From: a virus | Lineage: Duplodnaviria; Caudoviricetes | Strand: one strand, 5' to 3' | DNA length: 64,000 bases | Virus record (IMG/VR): IMGVR_UViG_3300028591_000176 | Span: 12,970-76,969 of that record | Shown here: in pieces, positions 47,748 through 58,970 of the stretch | Layout of the letters: every line of letters starts with the position of its first letter | How positions within the stretch are numbered: the first letter of the stretch is position 1 | Made by a program: the position numbers and the translations under genes | The notes under the pieces: generated by a model | What the model was told of the DNA's origin: nothing | The model's input: only the letters and a program-made list of their open reading frames with translations | The model's database searches: none

Positions 47748-48278
47748 TCATACCTGTTTGTTCGTGTCCGAGTAAATAACTGACAAGCGCATAAGCAACC
47801 CTTCGTGTGTCGTTGGTATTCTTCCGCGAATCTTATTCTTCTTGTTGTGTGCCTCGATAAAAGCGCGTGCTTCGCTATCGTTGTTGATGAAATCAAAATA
47901 GTACTCATGCTCTGGCATTACAACACCATCATCGACTCCTTCGTTGACAATATCATTTACCTCGTTCAGGATTTGCTGCGCACGTTTCTTGGACTCTTCA
48001 TCCAAGTCTAGCGTATCAATGTCCTCTACCTGTGTCATATAGTTTGGTACTACATACACTTGGCTAATGCTAACAAAAGGCTCTAGACCGAACGTTTTCT
48101 TTATACGTACGCTATCGTCCTTTTCCGCATTGAATGTAGCCACGGCATAAGCCTGCTTCCCGCTATACAGATTTACAACAGCAACACCGCGTTCAAACGA
48201 TGTCACTCCGTCGTGTATCTTTTTGGGTATGCTAGGCAAACCTAGATATTCAAGTATTTCTTTTTCGTATACTATCAT
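47748..48278 (-). CDS. Hypothetical protein
   Basis: 176-aa ORF downstream of promoter. Confidence 0.75.
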   Translation of the reverse strand: MIVYEKEILEYLGLPSIPKKIHDGVTSFERGVAVVNLYSGKQAYAVATFNAEKDDSVRIKKTFGLEPFVSISQVYVVPNYMTQVEDIDTLDLDEESKKRAQQILNEVNDIVNEGVDDGVVMPEHEYYFDFINNDSEARAFIEAHNKKNKIRGRIPTTHEGLLMRLSVIYSDTNKQV

Positions 48279-48299
48279 TGTTTTTTTTCTTTTATTAAA

Positions 48300-48328
48300 A
48301 CGCTACTACGTTTCGCAACGGTTCGCGC
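48300..48328 (-). promoter_or_regulatory. GNRA/bulged-G hairpin, copy C
   Basis: GCGC GAA C CGTT GCGA AACG T AGTA GCGT then TTT. Confidence 0.6.
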
Positions 48329-48369
48329 AACTATTCCAATTAAAAAAATATATGAGATATAAAACGATG

Positions 48370-48401
48370 CAAAGATACTAATAATATCTTTAAGTTCCAA
48401 A
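48370..48401 (-). promoter_or_regulatory. Bacteroidota promoter
   Basis: TTTG (48398-48401), 20-nt spacer, TATCTTTG (48370-48377). Confidence 0.75.
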
Positions 48402-48419
48402 TTTTTAACCTTTTTTATG

Positions 48420-48644
48420 TCATAAAACGCTTTTTAGCTTTTTTATTCTAGCCAATCCTTCATTTGTCGGCTTGCCTCTATCATCACAAGGAACAAGCAC
48501 TTCGGTTCTGTCGTTTACTTTTACCCAGCGGTATCCTTTGCTGAGTTTTTCTTTTTCTTGGCGTTTAGCTTTTTCTAGCGCGCGTCTGTCTGCATCTGTC
48601 ACGGTTCTATTGACATGTGTTGCAATCCAATTTGTTTCGTTCAT
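48420..48644 (-). CDS. Small hypothetical protein
   Basis: 74-aa ORF. Confidence 0.6.
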   Translation of the reverse strand: MNETNWIATHVNRTVTDADRRALEKAKRQEKEKLSKGYRWVKVNDRTEVLVPCDDRGKPTNEGLARIKKLKSVL

Positions 48645-48672
48645 TTTCTTGTCGGTTTAATGTTGTTGTGTT

Positions 48673-49794
48673 TTACACTCTGTCTTTTAGGGATTTGAGC
48701 CAGTCAAGAAATTTGTCATAAGTTTTCCACTCATATTCTTTAGCATCGTGTTTGTTTGCTAAAATTTCATCCCGAATACCTTGCAAAGTTCTTTCATCCT
48801 CTTCACTCCACTCAGCAGGCTTCTTTCTAACAGGTTCATAAAGTTCCCATTCATCTTGTTTTGTAATATCACAGATAATTCTGTCTTTGTACCAATACTT
48901 TCCACCTGTAATATTAGTAATTATAAATGAGCCAAAATCGTTAATATCAGAATTATGCTTTTTAATAATAGTATTACCAATATGGAAAATAGGAACAACA
49001 ATCTTCTTCAACTCTTTCTTCTCGGAATCCCACTCATATCCTGCTTCTTTCATTCTTTGGAACAAAAGTTCACGTTGTTCTTTGGTGGCTGGATGAATAT
49101 CCATTTTATCTTGTTCTGTTAGTGAATAAAGACTATCCATTATAAATCTTTTACCATCATAGCAACAATGATAAACAAAACCGCCAAAGGTTGGCTCTTG
49201 TTTAGTGCAATTTTTAATATCGTGCTTATATAGTGAAATTTCATCTTTATAAAAAAGCACATCACCATCCTTTGCATCTTCGATAGCCCAATAACGGAAA
49301 TAGTCAGATGCTTTACCATCATGCCTATTAATAAATCGACACCCATCTTCGCCTTTTATAACATTATCTTTTTCTGCTTGATATGTTTTGCCTTTAATCG
49401 CAATAATTTTACCTCTTAAAGTATATGTCTGAGTGCATACATACCACTTCCCTTCTTCAATTTCAAATTTTGGTTCAACCTTATTAATAGATTTTCCGAA
49501 ATATGGATCAATACTATTGTAATCCTTAACGTCAGAGTCATTCTGCTCACCTTGCCTTTCAAGCCAAGCAATACTTTTTAGAATCATCAATTCTAAATCA
49601 TGTGGGTTGTTAACATCTGATTTAAGTTCAAGTTGAGTGACAATCCACTTTCTTATCTTCTCATCCTCAGACTCAGCAAGTTCGGGAAACATTTCTTCTT
49701 TCAAAGACTGTGAAAACATTATGTTTTCGCCATCATATTTATGTAAAACTTTTAAAGCCTCGTCATAGGCTTTTGCTTTTTGTTCTTGTGTCAT
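48673..49794 (-). CDS. Mosaic hypothetical protein built of short modules
   Basis: 373 aa; KAKAYDEAL/FPELAESEDE, EDAKDGDVL, HPATKEQRELLF, WSEEDE modules; AT-rich. Confidence 0.75.
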   Translation of the reverse strand: MTQEQKAKAYDEALKVLHKYDGENIMFSQSLKEEMFPELAESEDEKIRKWIVTQLELKSDVNNPHDLELMILKSIAWLERQGEQNDSDVKDYNSIDPYFGKSINKVEPKFEIEEGKWYVCTQTYTLRGKIIAIKGKTYQAEKDNVIKGEDGCRFINRHDGKASDYFRYWAIEDAKDGDVLFYKDEISLYKHDIKNCTKQEPTFGGFVYHCCYDGKRFIMDSLYSLTEQDKMDIHPATKEQRELLFQRMKEAGYEWDSEKKELKKIVVPIFHIGNTIIKKHNSDINDFGSFIITNITGGKYWYKDRIICDITKQDEWELYEPVRKKPAEWSEEDERTLQGIRDEILANKHDAKEYEWKTYDKFLDWLKSLKDRV

Positions 49795-49806
49795 AATTAC
49801 AAATAT

Positions 49807-52800
49807 TTAATCTAAATCGTAAATTTCATCATTTGGTAATACCATAACGCCAAAGAATCTGAATGGATAGGAATTAATTCTTTGCCACCATACATTTTTA
49901 GTTGTGGTCATAAAACTATACCATCTAAACCAATGATATTTTTTTGCCCATATTAATTTAAAGCACCACGCTTTTGCTCCGAAACATAAAGCTGGCCATT
50001 CATGTATATATGCAAAACCGAATAGTTTCATAATTACAATAATTTTCGTTCATGTAATTTTATTATCATCTCATAACAAGCATCAACAAAATAATCACAC
50101 ATATCAGTTTCTATACTTTCAAAATCCCTATAAGGGTCTGTATATACAAGTTGGTACACATTGTCCTCTTTGTAAATTTGCAAGTACGATGAATTACCAT
50201 CATTATCGAACAACTCATAAGGAAGTTGCTCAAGCAATGCTGCAAGACTCCAAGCCCTAACACAAGTATCATCAAATTGTTCATCCATAACCATTGGATA
50301 ATACTCATGCTTCTGAACATCATAGTCCCAATACATATCCGCACTTTCAAGTGGCAGTATCTCTGCCAGCTTCTTTGACTGTTCTAAATCTGTATAACTC
50401 TTCATAATAAGTTCTGTTCTTTAAGCCAAATAATCATATTTACGCAAGCATCAATAGGATTGTCTGCTGGTATTGTCTCGATGATGTAGTCATCAGTAGA
50501 TTCTCCCTCTTTCTCATAGCAGCAGAGCCATGAGCTTGTATAGTTGCCTTTTACATCGTAATAGCCAAAGCTAAGGCTGACGCAAGAGCCTTCTTTTTTG
50601 GGGAAGGTGTTCATTAGTGCTGCCAAAGACCATGCTGGAATCACGACCTCTGGACTTGCCCATTCTGTGCCAGTTACCAAGATGTCATCCCATTCCTTTG
50701 TTGTCGGGTTTAAGATGGATTCGTAAAATCCATCCGCACTTTCAAGTGGGAGGAACTTTCCCAAGGTTATGGACTGAGAGAGTGATGTGTATGCTTTCAT
50801 CTTATTGCTCTTTTAAGTTGGGTTATAAATATCTCCGTTGATTCAAGGGCTTTGTAGATAGTAGCCCAGTCTCCTTCTGCCTCTGCTGTGTGTATGGCAG
50901 CAAGGCATTCTAGGTTTTCATCGTATATCTTGGCAAGCAGTTTAACAGCCATCTTGCGTTTGTTGTTGCGTGTCTCTTCTGTTGTCATAGCTTTCCTTTC
51001 TTATTTCAATTTTCAAAATATCATCCTTATACATGTGCCTTACAATATCCTCCGCTTTCTTCTCTGACTTTGCCTCGATGATTTGGGTTTTAGTCCAGTG
51101 CGGAAGATGTCGGAAGGTTATAAATGCTTTATACTTCATAGCTACTCTCTTTTCATTGCTTTATTTCTCAACCATTCCATTTCTCTTGTTAGGTCAAGGT
51201 TGTAGTCATTCTCAACGCGCTTTAGATTGACGATGATTTTCTCTGCCATGCCTCTATCCGCTGCTGTGATAGGATTGTTTACTTGCAATCCAAGCTCAAA
51301 GAAATGACGAGCAATAGACTTCCAGTCAGTAAAATCAAAATACTCATTTTTTGATACTCGTATAATTTCTTTCTCTAAGTTTACCTCTTTCACTTCAAGG
51401 GGGCAATCGACTTCTATTTCCGTGATGTCCCTGCCATAAGCATCCTCGTTACCTTCAAACTGCTTGCAGTATTCCTCTGCTTTTTTCTCACTAAAGAATG
51501 CTTCTTCTACATAGTCGGAATGTTCCTCGCATCTTGTGACAACATAGAGTTTCTTTTTCTGGAATTCTTTTACCTCAAGGGTGTCGATGAAAAAAAGAAT
51601 CTTGTCCAAAGCATTATTCCAACCAAAGTCATATTCTTCCTTGTCAAGGTAGAATTTCCTTTCACTTTCTATCTCCGCTACTATAGCGGCTTTTGGTATG
51701 TACTGTTCCATAGCTACTGGTTTATAAATTCTATCTCATCACACCAATAAACACAACCATTAACATCTGTGACTCTTATCAAGTCTTCTGCGTTTGGATT
51801 ACCTGCCATACAACCAAGACTTTCAAAAGACTCTACACAGAGTCTTGTTACCTCTTCATGGTGCGATAACAATATTCCCACCTTATTCATAGCTTACTCT
51901 CCTTTCATATATTTTCTAAAGTCCTCAATAAAATGGTATAATTCATTACCATCTAAGCCAAACAAATGATGTGATTGTCTAAAGAAGTCTTGTGCCTTGT
52001 CAATAAAGACTTCGGTGCGGGTGTACTCAAGACTATCATGAGGGTCTTTATTTGAATATATATCAAGAATACCGTTAATATCACTTGTATTAAAATATAA
52101 TTTCTCTGGTGCTTCCATAATTTTATTTTTTATATATCTTAAATACTACAGTACTGTCCACGGCAACACTATCTTTGTAGGTTATTTCTAACGTTGTTTT
52201 ACCTTGGTAGACATCCATAGCAGTAGGACAGTACAAAGTGTAACAAACCATAAGTATTGCTGGAATACATACACCAATAATTCCACCAAACAAGCCTAAA
52301 GGTTTGCTTGAGTCTTTATTTTCTACAAGTGTTAGAACCCATCCAATAAACATGAATAATATATTAAAAATAATAATCTCTTGCATAACTTTATTCTTTA
52401 TAAGGGTTATTTTCTTTTGTTACAGCAATAGCAAGACCTTTCGATATTAAACCTCTTACATCAAATCCTTTGGATAATAGCCAATCATTAACCATTGTGG
52501 TTGCCGACTCACTATTTTCGAAACTGCAATTTTGTGATTTAACTACTATTTTAGCATATTCCTTTTCTTCTTCTCCAGTCATTGAAGACATTGGACGAAG
52601 ATACGGTTTAATGTCCTTAATTTCGTTATAATAAAACGCGTCTCTTAAAACATCACCATAGTTATGTTCTAAATCCAATATGCCTTCTTCTGTTGTTCCT
52701 TCTTTAAGCCAAACCTTTACACGTACATGGTGAGGCAACCTTGCTGAAAGGTCTTGGAATAATAGTTGTTTTTCTTCTCGTGTCATAGTTTACTCCTCCA

Positions 52801-54318
52801 TCGCTTTTTTGAGTTTCTTGATAAATTCATCACGCTTTAACCATGTCTGGGCATGGTAGATTGTGAGGCATTTGTCGATGTGGTCTTCCAGCCATTGGTA
52901 GGTGTCTGCTATGGCCTGATGGTAGCCGTACTTGATGGCATCGTCAAATGTTGGCTGACGGTGTTCTCTCTCAATAAGAGAGATTACAAAGTCAGACTCA
53001 CGCTGTGCATCTTCCTCCGACTGTCGGTCACAGGCTGCGAGGCGGTTCTTTTCAAGCTGGCTTTCTTGCCATTCAGCACCTGCATTGTATGCCTGCTCGA
53101 TTTCCATTCGCCATAGTTCCTGCTGTTCTTTGGACAGCTGCTGAAACAGGCTGCTTTCTATGTTAAAGGAATACTCTTCTGCTTTTGTCATAGTTGCTAT
53201 AGTTTTGATGTATCTATGACTTCCGTGAACACGACCTGCTTTCCGTCTCGGCGGTTTCCTGACGTGCAGGCATGGCGGTGGAGGTAACATGAGCCGTTGT
53301 AGTTTTTTAGTCCCGTGTCTTTGTCCTTGTGGGCGTACCAGCATCCTTCGCAGGTACGACAGTCGGATATTTCAACCACTTTTAGCAGTACGCCACCTTC
53401 CTCGAAGGTTGAGCCTACTGGATTAAAAATCATTTTATTCATGTTCGTTGTCGGGTTTATTCTTCTCTTTCATCGTAAATTCGATTTCAAAATCGTCACT
53501 ATACCACGTTTTTCTGTCGTAGTGCCTATAGATTGTCTGATAAACAAGGCTGGCAATAGCTGTTGTTACGTCTATATTGAAACTGAATTTCCATTCGCTC
53601 CCCTTTTCATCGGTGATAATATGCTCACCATCCTTGCAAGTTACCTTAATGGTGGTATTTAATACTTCGTCCATATTAGACAATTATTTTATCTTCCTTT
53701 TACTATGTTATCTACATCTTGGACAAACTTTTTCTGGTTTGTGCATTTCAGCATAATTCCGTAGTCATGTGCAGCGCAAGTGTTTCTGTGTGTATATCGC
53801 TTACATTGCCATCTTACGGAGCATTGCATTCCCAAGCATACTTTCTTGTCATCTTTCATATATCCACATGGTTTTTAACGTAGAGGTCACGAATCGCATA
53901 TAATGCCGTTATCTCATCAGCGACAAGCATAGTCGTTGGGCATACAAGCGTACCATTACAAGTAAGCCATAGCTCTTTCTCATGCGTGGTAAGGTTAAAC
54001 ATGACCTTTGCCTGTTTCTCTGCGAACTTACGTTTGCTTTCTAAACTTTTTTCTTTCCGTCTTTGCAGAAAGTTTCTTATACTATCAATCATATTTTTAG
54101 CGCATAAAGTTTTTGAATATGCCGCCTTTGCGTATGAATGCAAGAATCGGCACTTTGTAATAGTCAACATTATAATAGCTAAAAGGAGTAATGTCGCCTT
54201 CGGTGCAATCCACAAACATGGATTTGTACTTTGCATCAACGAGTACAATGTGTTTCGGGAAACGCAGTTCGCGCTCCAGTGCGCTATGTGAATGTAGGTA
54301 CGTTATTCCTGTTGTCAT
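49807..54318 (-). other. Cluster of ~17 small, tightly coupled hypothetical ORFs (49807-50031, 50034-50405, 50402-50800, 50797-50988, 50942-51139, 51142-51711, 51714-51890, 51894-52118, 52123-52386, 52391-52786, 52790-53191, 53197-53442, 53435-53683, 53689-53859, 53856-54092, 54097-54318)
   Basis: Head-to-tail ORFs with 0-8 nt gaps or overlaps; 50034 and 50402 are paralogs (LPLESAD...AWSLAAL). Confidence 0.65.
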
Positions 54319-54376
54319 TTTGTATAATCTTTAATGGCGAGGCCGCTATCATGCAGCCCCACCTATGTTGTTAATG

Positions 54377-55213
54377 CTATTTCTGCTCGTCAAAGTCAGC
54401 GAACTTTTGTGCCACCTCTTGCGCCTTTTGCTCGTCGATAACGTTTCCGTTGGGATTGTCAACATACTCCGCATCGAAAGCATCGACGTTTAATTCACCG
54501 ATGTCATCCGAATTTAGATTGACCTTTGACTGGTCAAACTTTAATGCGGTCTGCATGGCTACAGATTTCGGCGCATACTTGTTAAGCAGGCTTTTTAGCA
54601 CTGTCTTCTTTGCCATCTGCCAAAAATCCGATTTCCAAGGACTGTCATATCCGCTTCTGTAAGCCTGAGAAAAGCGTTTGGCATGATTTTCAATTTCTTC
54701 AAGCGACCAGTAGATTGTCTTTGAATATCCGTTAATGAGGTCAAACCGTGCCATAACGCCGATAGGCTTTGCCTGACCATTTTTGTCAAGCTTAATACTA
54801 TCTTCATCAAAGATATATTCACCAGTGAACTTGTTTTTCTTCACAAGTTGACCATCATACACAACCTCATCGATAATATTACGGAACTCGCCACTTCGCA
54901 TAGCCAATTCAAGAATGCCCTTGTAGCCAATCTGAAAGCTGCATACGCCCTTGTATGGGACAAGGTAGGCCATACCCAATGTGGGTACTACTGGGAGGTC
55001 AAGCGTGGCAGCGACCATCGCTGACGAAAGAATACTCATCGGCTCTGCATTACGCAAAAGCTTGTTGTTTTGAGATACGCTAATTACGCTGCTAATGAAT
55101 GAGCTTGCTTTCTTTTCCGAGCCAAGAACGTCATTCATTTTTTTGACAACAGCAGAGCTATTCATAAGCTGCTGTAATGTCTGTTGTTGTTTTACTACTA
55201 CTTCGTTTGCCAT
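54377..55213 (-). CDS. recT: RecT/Red-beta-like ssDNA annealing protein
   Basis: LGMAYLVPYKG, FQIGYKGILELAMRSG, SPWKSDFWQMAKKTVLK. Confidence 0.9.
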   Translation of the reverse strand: MANEVVVKQQQTLQQLMNSSAVVKKMNDVLGSEKKASSFISSVISVSQNNKLLRNAEPMSILSSAMVAATLDLPVVPTLGMAYLVPYKGVCSFQIGYKGILELAMRSGEFRNIIDEVVYDGQLVKKNKFTGEYIFDEDSIKLDKNGQAKPIGVMARFDLINGYSKTIYWSLEEIENHAKRFSQAYRSGYDSPWKSDFWQMAKKTVLKSLLNKYAPKSVAMQTALKFDQSKVNLNSDDIGELNVDAFDAEYVDNPNGNVIDEQKAQEVAQKFADFDEQK

Positions 55214-55225
55214 AATTGTTACAAA

Positions 55226-55765
55226 TTAAATAAATTTCCAAACATATCCATTACTTGTTTTTGATATACCATTACATGCCTGAGATAAGCGAGAATATGA
55301 AATTCCTAGTGTCTCAACAATTTCCTTCATACTATTCCATTCTTTTATTAGTTCGCCAGACAATGAGTATTGTGCTACTCTTTTAAACCTAGACTCACTA
55401 CATCTTTTAATGCCAGTTCCGTAGTTTGAATTGTATTTAGGTGTACACCATTCAAGGTTCTCTACGCTGTTATTAAGCTTGTTTTCGTCCTTATGGTTAA
55501 CTTGTGGTAAGCAATGTGGATTTGGGATAAAAGCCTGTGCCACCAAACGATGAACTGAAATCATTTTTATTTTACCATTTGCGTCACGTAGTTTTACTCT
55601 TTTATACCCACTGACAATATGCTGGATAAGTGTTTTTGCGTTTATGTGCGTTTTACCTCCATGCCATAAACGTTTTTCTCTTCCAAGCATCTTTACACTT
55701 CCAGTGTTGCTTACTTGGTAAAGACCTTCGTAGCCCACAATGTCTCGCCAAATCTCATTCATCAC
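55226..55765 (-). CDS. NUMOD4-HNH homing endonuclease with NUMOD1-like C-terminus
   Basis: EIWRDIVGYEGLYQVSNTG, HRLVAQAFIPNP, VNHKDENKLNNSVENLEWCT. Confidence 0.92.
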   Translation of the reverse strand: MMNEIWRDIVGYEGLYQVSNTGSVKMLGREKRLWHGGKTHINAKTLIQHIVSGYKRVKLRDANGKIKMISVHRLVAQAFIPNPHCLPQVNHKDENKLNNSVENLEWCTPKYNSNYGTGIKRCSESRFKRVAQYSLSGELIKEWNSMKEIVETLGISYSRLSQACNGISKTSNGYVWKFI

Positions 55766-55766
55766 G

Positions 55767-56756
55767 TTATTGCCTTTCGTTTGCTTTTATCTTTATGTTC
55801 ACATAAGCCTTGCGCTGTGTGCGCTTTTCAAAGGCTTTAAGCAGCTTTTTTGCCTTGCGTGGGTGTTTGTTCGTCATATCATCTATGAACGCCTTAGAAT
55901 CGAAGGAAATGGCCTCTGTGGCGTTTACAAGCGTTATGTTCCAGCTGTCATTCTTGATAGATTTGATTCCCTTGTCCTGCATGAACGTACAAAGCCTGCG
56001 CTTGAACTCATCTATCTTTGCTTCGCGCTCTTTGATTTCCGTGAGCATGGTTGTTACTACATCAAACTCCGTCTTAACGTTCTCTGGCAGCAGCTCGCTA
56101 GGAATCTCATCACCGTCATAATATTCATTAAAGTCCTCCAAGAATGCATCCACGATGTTCATGGCGCGCTCTATATCATAAGGCACGGTCTTGCCGAAAC
56201 GAATCTGGCGCACAGTCAGGCGGCTTTCGTCAAACGGCGGTTCACTATCGACATCGATTCCATCGGTGCTATAATGGCATAGGATAACGCGCAGCTGATA
56301 GTCGCCGAGCTTCTTCGCTAGCTCCTTTCCCATGACATAATGGTGGTATAATTGTGCCGCATATTCGCCGCGTGTCTGCTCTATTGTCAGCCGTGTTGCC
56401 TTACACTCTCCTAGAGTTAGGATTTTATTCTCATCGTCCTGCAACAGGAAGTCAACATGGTCGATAACCTTGCAGTTAGGGCGGGAATATTTGTCGCTCA
56501 CAAGACAGGGGTTAGACTGCCACCTGCGGTCGCTCTCGTTGAGACATGCAAATACACAAGCCTCAATGTAGTTACCATACTCCATTGCTGCATTTGTGAA
56601 CTGCTGTGGCTCTATAAGCCCTTTACATACTGCAAGCCGCTTGTATGCCGACTTGGGCACATAGCCTGCTTCTGCGATTTGCTGCAACATCTTGGCATCG
56701 CTACCGCCAAGACACCCTTTACGGGTGTTGATAATGTCTTCTTTGTGTTCGTACAT
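55767..56756 (-). CDS. YqaJ/lambda-exonuclease-like recombination nuclease
   Basis: RKGCLGGSDA, HVDFL...GECKAT, QLYHHY; upstream of RecT. Confidence 0.75.
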   Translation of the reverse strand: MYEHKEDIINTRKGCLGGSDAKMLQQIAEAGYVPKSAYKRLAVCKGLIEPQQFTNAAMEYGNYIEACVFACLNESDRRWQSNPCLVSDKYSRPNCKVIDHVDFLLQDDENKILTLGECKATRLTIEQTRGEYAAQLYHHYVMGKELAKKLGDYQLRVILCHYSTDGIDVDSEPPFDESRLTVRQIRFGKTVPYDIERAMNIVDAFLEDFNEYYDGDEIPSELLPENVKTEFDVVTTMLTEIKEREAKIDEFKRRLCTFMQDKGIKSIKNDSWNITLVNATEAISFDSKAFIDDMTNKHPRKAKKLLKAFEKRTQRKAYVNIKIKANERQ

Positions 56757-56785
56757 AAATCTGTTTGTTTGGTTAATGTTTTTGA

Positions 56786-57127
56786 TTATTGATATGGTCG
56801 TGTCTGAACGACGTAAATCTCGTTTGCATTGACAGCGTTTACTCTAACGGCCTTGCCTTTTACCTCGTCAGGGAAAGAACTTATAAAGCCAAAGATGACC
56901 ACGATACATCCGCTATGCGCTTTTACACTTTTCAGGTAGTCGATGACTGGCTTGCGAAAACACATGATATGTAGGGATTGCCGTTGGTTGTTCTCCGTGC
57001 TGTTTGCCGTCTGCTTTGACTCAACCTCTAGCGGAAACCATATATATGTACCGCCGGCCTGTGTCTTGCCTTCCTTGAACGCAGCACCTATCCGACCTAC
57101 AAGTGTCAGTTGATTTCGGTTCGCCAT
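56786..57127 (-). CDS. SSB-like OB-fold protein lacking an acidic tail
   Basis: NQLTLVGRIG...GCIVVIFGFI. Confidence 0.5.
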   Translation of the reverse strand: MANRNQLTLVGRIGAAFKEGKTQAGGTYIWFPLEVESKQTANSTENNQRQSLHIMCFRKPVIDYLKSVKAHSGCIVVIFGFISSFPDEVKGKAVRVNAVNANEIYVVQTRPYQ

Positions 57128-57128
57128 C

Positions 57129-57353
57129 TTATAACTCTTTAATCTTTGCTTTAAGTATCATCAGTTCGCGCTCCAGCCGCCCAGCCTTTGCCGCTGCTGC
57201 CATCCAAGCCCTATAATACTTGTCACGCTCCATGCGTAGACGCTTGTTGTCCTCATCTACCATTTCCTGCCTGTACTGCTCTTTCGTGCAATACCGCCCG
57301 TTCTTTCTTCGTAGTCGATGCTGCTTAAACATCGTTGTTTGTTGTGATTCCAT
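57129..57353 (-). CDS. Small coiled-coil hypothetical protein
   Basis: 74-aa ORF after promoter. Confidence 0.6.
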   Translation of the reverse strand: MESQQTTMFKQHRLRRKNGRYCTKEQYRQEMVDEDNKRLRMERDKYYRAWMAAAAKAGRLERELMILKAKIKEL

Positions 57354-57372
57354 ATACTTTTGTTTTCTTTTG

Positions 57373-57380
57373 CAAAGTTA
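57373..57380 (-). promoter_or_regulatory. Promoter -7 box of recombination operon
   Basis: Minus strand TAACTTTG. Confidence 0.55.
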
Positions 57381-57441
57381 CTAAATAAATCTTTTGAATA
57401 ATTTTTTGTTAACAATGTTTTGGTTAAACATTATTAATGCG

Positions 57442-58176
57442 CTACTTGCCGTATATGCCTTTGGCTTTCCAGTGATAATATTCGCGCGTCATTTCCTTTT
57501 GCCTTTCAAGCTGTTCCTCAAACATCATACTTTCATCGATATAGGTAAAAAACCGAATCAACTCAGCATTGATACACTGGCCGCGCAACATGCCGCCGCC
57601 GAACATAAACACATCATACGGCACATCACCTTTGTCTGCATGCTTGTCAGATGATTCGTCACCTATGACATCAAAGTGCATCCACCTTAACATGATACTC
57701 TCAACTTTCTTTCGGAAGCTTATGTTGTCGCGTCCTTTGTCTTTAAGGTATCTCTTCGTGTACTGGTTAAAAGCATGCGGTACAATGTCGATGAAACACG
57801 TCATGCCACGGGTATATATATCGCCGTCCAGAAGCTCGTTTATTGTCAGCGGGTCAAACATAAAGATGCCTTTCCCTGTGTTGCCATCGACCTTTACGAT
57901 TCCCTTTTCTTTTTTCTCTATCTCATATATCGTGTAGCAATAACAAAGGAAACGACCTTTACGCCTGTCTTCTTTAGAACGACACATATATGTAAGCCAC
58001 CATGTGTTATTCCTGTCATCGACAAGCTTATAGTAGATAAAGAAAGGAAAACGAGTAGCGCGTTTCATCTTGTCGCGCGAAAGTTCGGCATTCATCTTGT
58101 GTATGCGCCTTACTTCCCTGACGATACCGAGAGCCTCAGCCATCTTTTCTTCATCCGTCATCATCGGTAAAAACAT
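57442..58176 (-). CDS. Hypothetical protein
   Basis: 244-aa ORF. Confidence 0.7.
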   Translation of the reverse strand: MFLPMMTDEEKMAEALGIVREVRRIHKMNAELSRDKMKRATRFPFFIYYKLVDDRNNTWWLTYMCRSKEDRRKGRFLCYCYTIYEIEKKEKGIVKVDGNTGKGIFMFDPLTINELLDGDIYTRGMTCFIDIVPHAFNQYTKRYLKDKGRDNISFRKKVESIMLRWMHFDVIGDESSDKHADKGDVPYDVFMFGGGMLRGQCINAELIRFFTYIDESMMFEEQLERQKEMTREYYHWKAKGIYGK

Positions 58177-58197
58177 AATCTTTCCTTTCTTTCATTT

Positions 58198-58827
58198 TTA
58201 GAATTTATAAACTTCATCAAACTTTCTCTCTTTCGCCATGCGATAGTAGTTTATTAGCTGGATGCCGACACTAAACGTACTTAACCACCGTTTGGATGCA
58301 AACAAGACATCCCTCCCGTTGATTTCGCCAAGCGCATAATTTTTCAATGGCATAGCCCGAACGCCAGCACTCTTGAACATCAGGTCTTGTGCAGACGAGA
58401 ACATGTTTGATAATGTCATGCCGACAGTCTCCCACCTGATTGGTATATATTCCTGCCTGAAACGTTCAATACCAAGACCATGTATTAGTGCGTTATACGA
58501 ACGGCGTGCTTTTTTTATGGAAACGTATCCCCAATATTCAATCTCTTCGTACAGGAACGCATCTTCATCCCATGCATTGCTCATTATTAGCGGAACGTTT
58601 TTCCAGAACTTTGCAGACTCTTTATAGCCATTGTCGCCACATGCATACATCGTATCAAACGTATGGATGCTGTTTGCAATAGCATCATATCTGTTTCGTT
58701 CGCTCATCATCCTATAGGCTGACGCAAACTCATGCAGGTCGCTGCCTTTTGTCTTGAACGCATAGATACCATTGCTACGGCCTACTGTCGTGCGTGGGCG
58801 AATCCTACTTGCTGCCATAACACTCAA
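58198..58827 (-). CDS. Hypothetical protein
   Basis: 209-aa ORF. Confidence 0.65.
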   Translation of the reverse strand: MSVMAASRIRPRTTVGRSNGIYAFKTKGSDLHEFASAYRMMSERNRYDAIANSIHTFDTMYACGDNGYKESAKFWKNVPLIMSNAWDEDAFLYEEIEYWGYVSIKKARRSYNALIHGLGIERFRQEYIPIRWETVGMTLSNMFSSAQDLMFKSAGVRAMPLKNYALGEINGRDVLFASKRWLSTFSVGIQLINYYRMAKERKFDEVYKF

Positions 58828-58969
58828 TTGTTTTAGGGTCTATGTCATAGACTTTCTTGTAGCCTATGTCATCTACCTCATCCGTGACAATAAAAAACTC
58901 TCCATCTTTTTTAAATAAAGAGCCAGTCACGAATCTATCTTCTGACTGGCTATAACCCATGTACATCAT
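58805..58969 (-). CDS. Small YopX-like fragment (54 aa)
   Basis: FVTGSL...FIV...IDPKTIEC; translated by hand. Confidence 0.4.
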   Translation of the reverse strand: MMYMGYSQSEDRFVTGSLFKKDGEFFIVTDEVDDIGYKKVYDIDPKTIECYGSK

Positions 58970-58970
58970 A

